This document shows, one piece after another, positions 61,250 to 64,000 of a stretch of DNA of 64,000 nt (the stretch's first letter is position 1; each line of letters begins with the position of its first letter). Source of the DNA: the human T2T-CHM13v2.0 reference genome, Homo sapiens. Where the stretch lies: the NCBI RefSeq assembly GCF_009914755.1, contig NC_060940.1; one strand, given 5' to 3'. The notes under the pieces were generated by a model. It worked only from the letters and a program-made list of their open reading frames with translations, did not search any database and was not told where the DNA came from. Made by a program: the position numbers and the translations under genes.

Positions 61250-64000
<2,751 letters not shown>

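Overview
Human (or near-identical primate) genomic DNA, recognisable as the MMP2-LPCAT2 locus (human 16q12.2 from prior knowledge). The complete 13-exon MMP2 (gelatinase A) gene is on the + strand, ATG 21606 to TGA 47564. Its exons sum to 1983 nt (660 aa + stop) and all introns are GT-AG. About 2.5 kb past the MMP2 poly(A) region are the CpG-island promoter and first coding exon of LPCAT2 (51305-51475), followed by an intron filled with old L1. The rest is Alu, L1, L2, MIR, MaLR/ERV LTRs and DNA transposons. There is no CRISPR array, rRNA or tRNA. The most interesting signals are: (1) three MER41 LTRs around the MMP2 start, two with STAT/GAS motifs, one running into a MIR-derived ATG|GTAAGT alternative first exon that would give a signal-peptide-less MMP2; (2) a coding difference from the canonical protein, E166K; (3) a decayed tandem array of same-strand forkhead motifs at the start of intron 1; (4) a G-rich minisatellite carrying extra copies of the LPCAT2 exon-1 donor; (5) a nested MLT1>Tigger1>LTR7/Alu stack, a CTCF motif pair, a MADE1 hairpin and a local 370-bp duplication. 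Repeat subfamily names, known-SNP identities and isoform annotations come from memory and need database confirmation. Repeat boundaries without TSDs are approximate.
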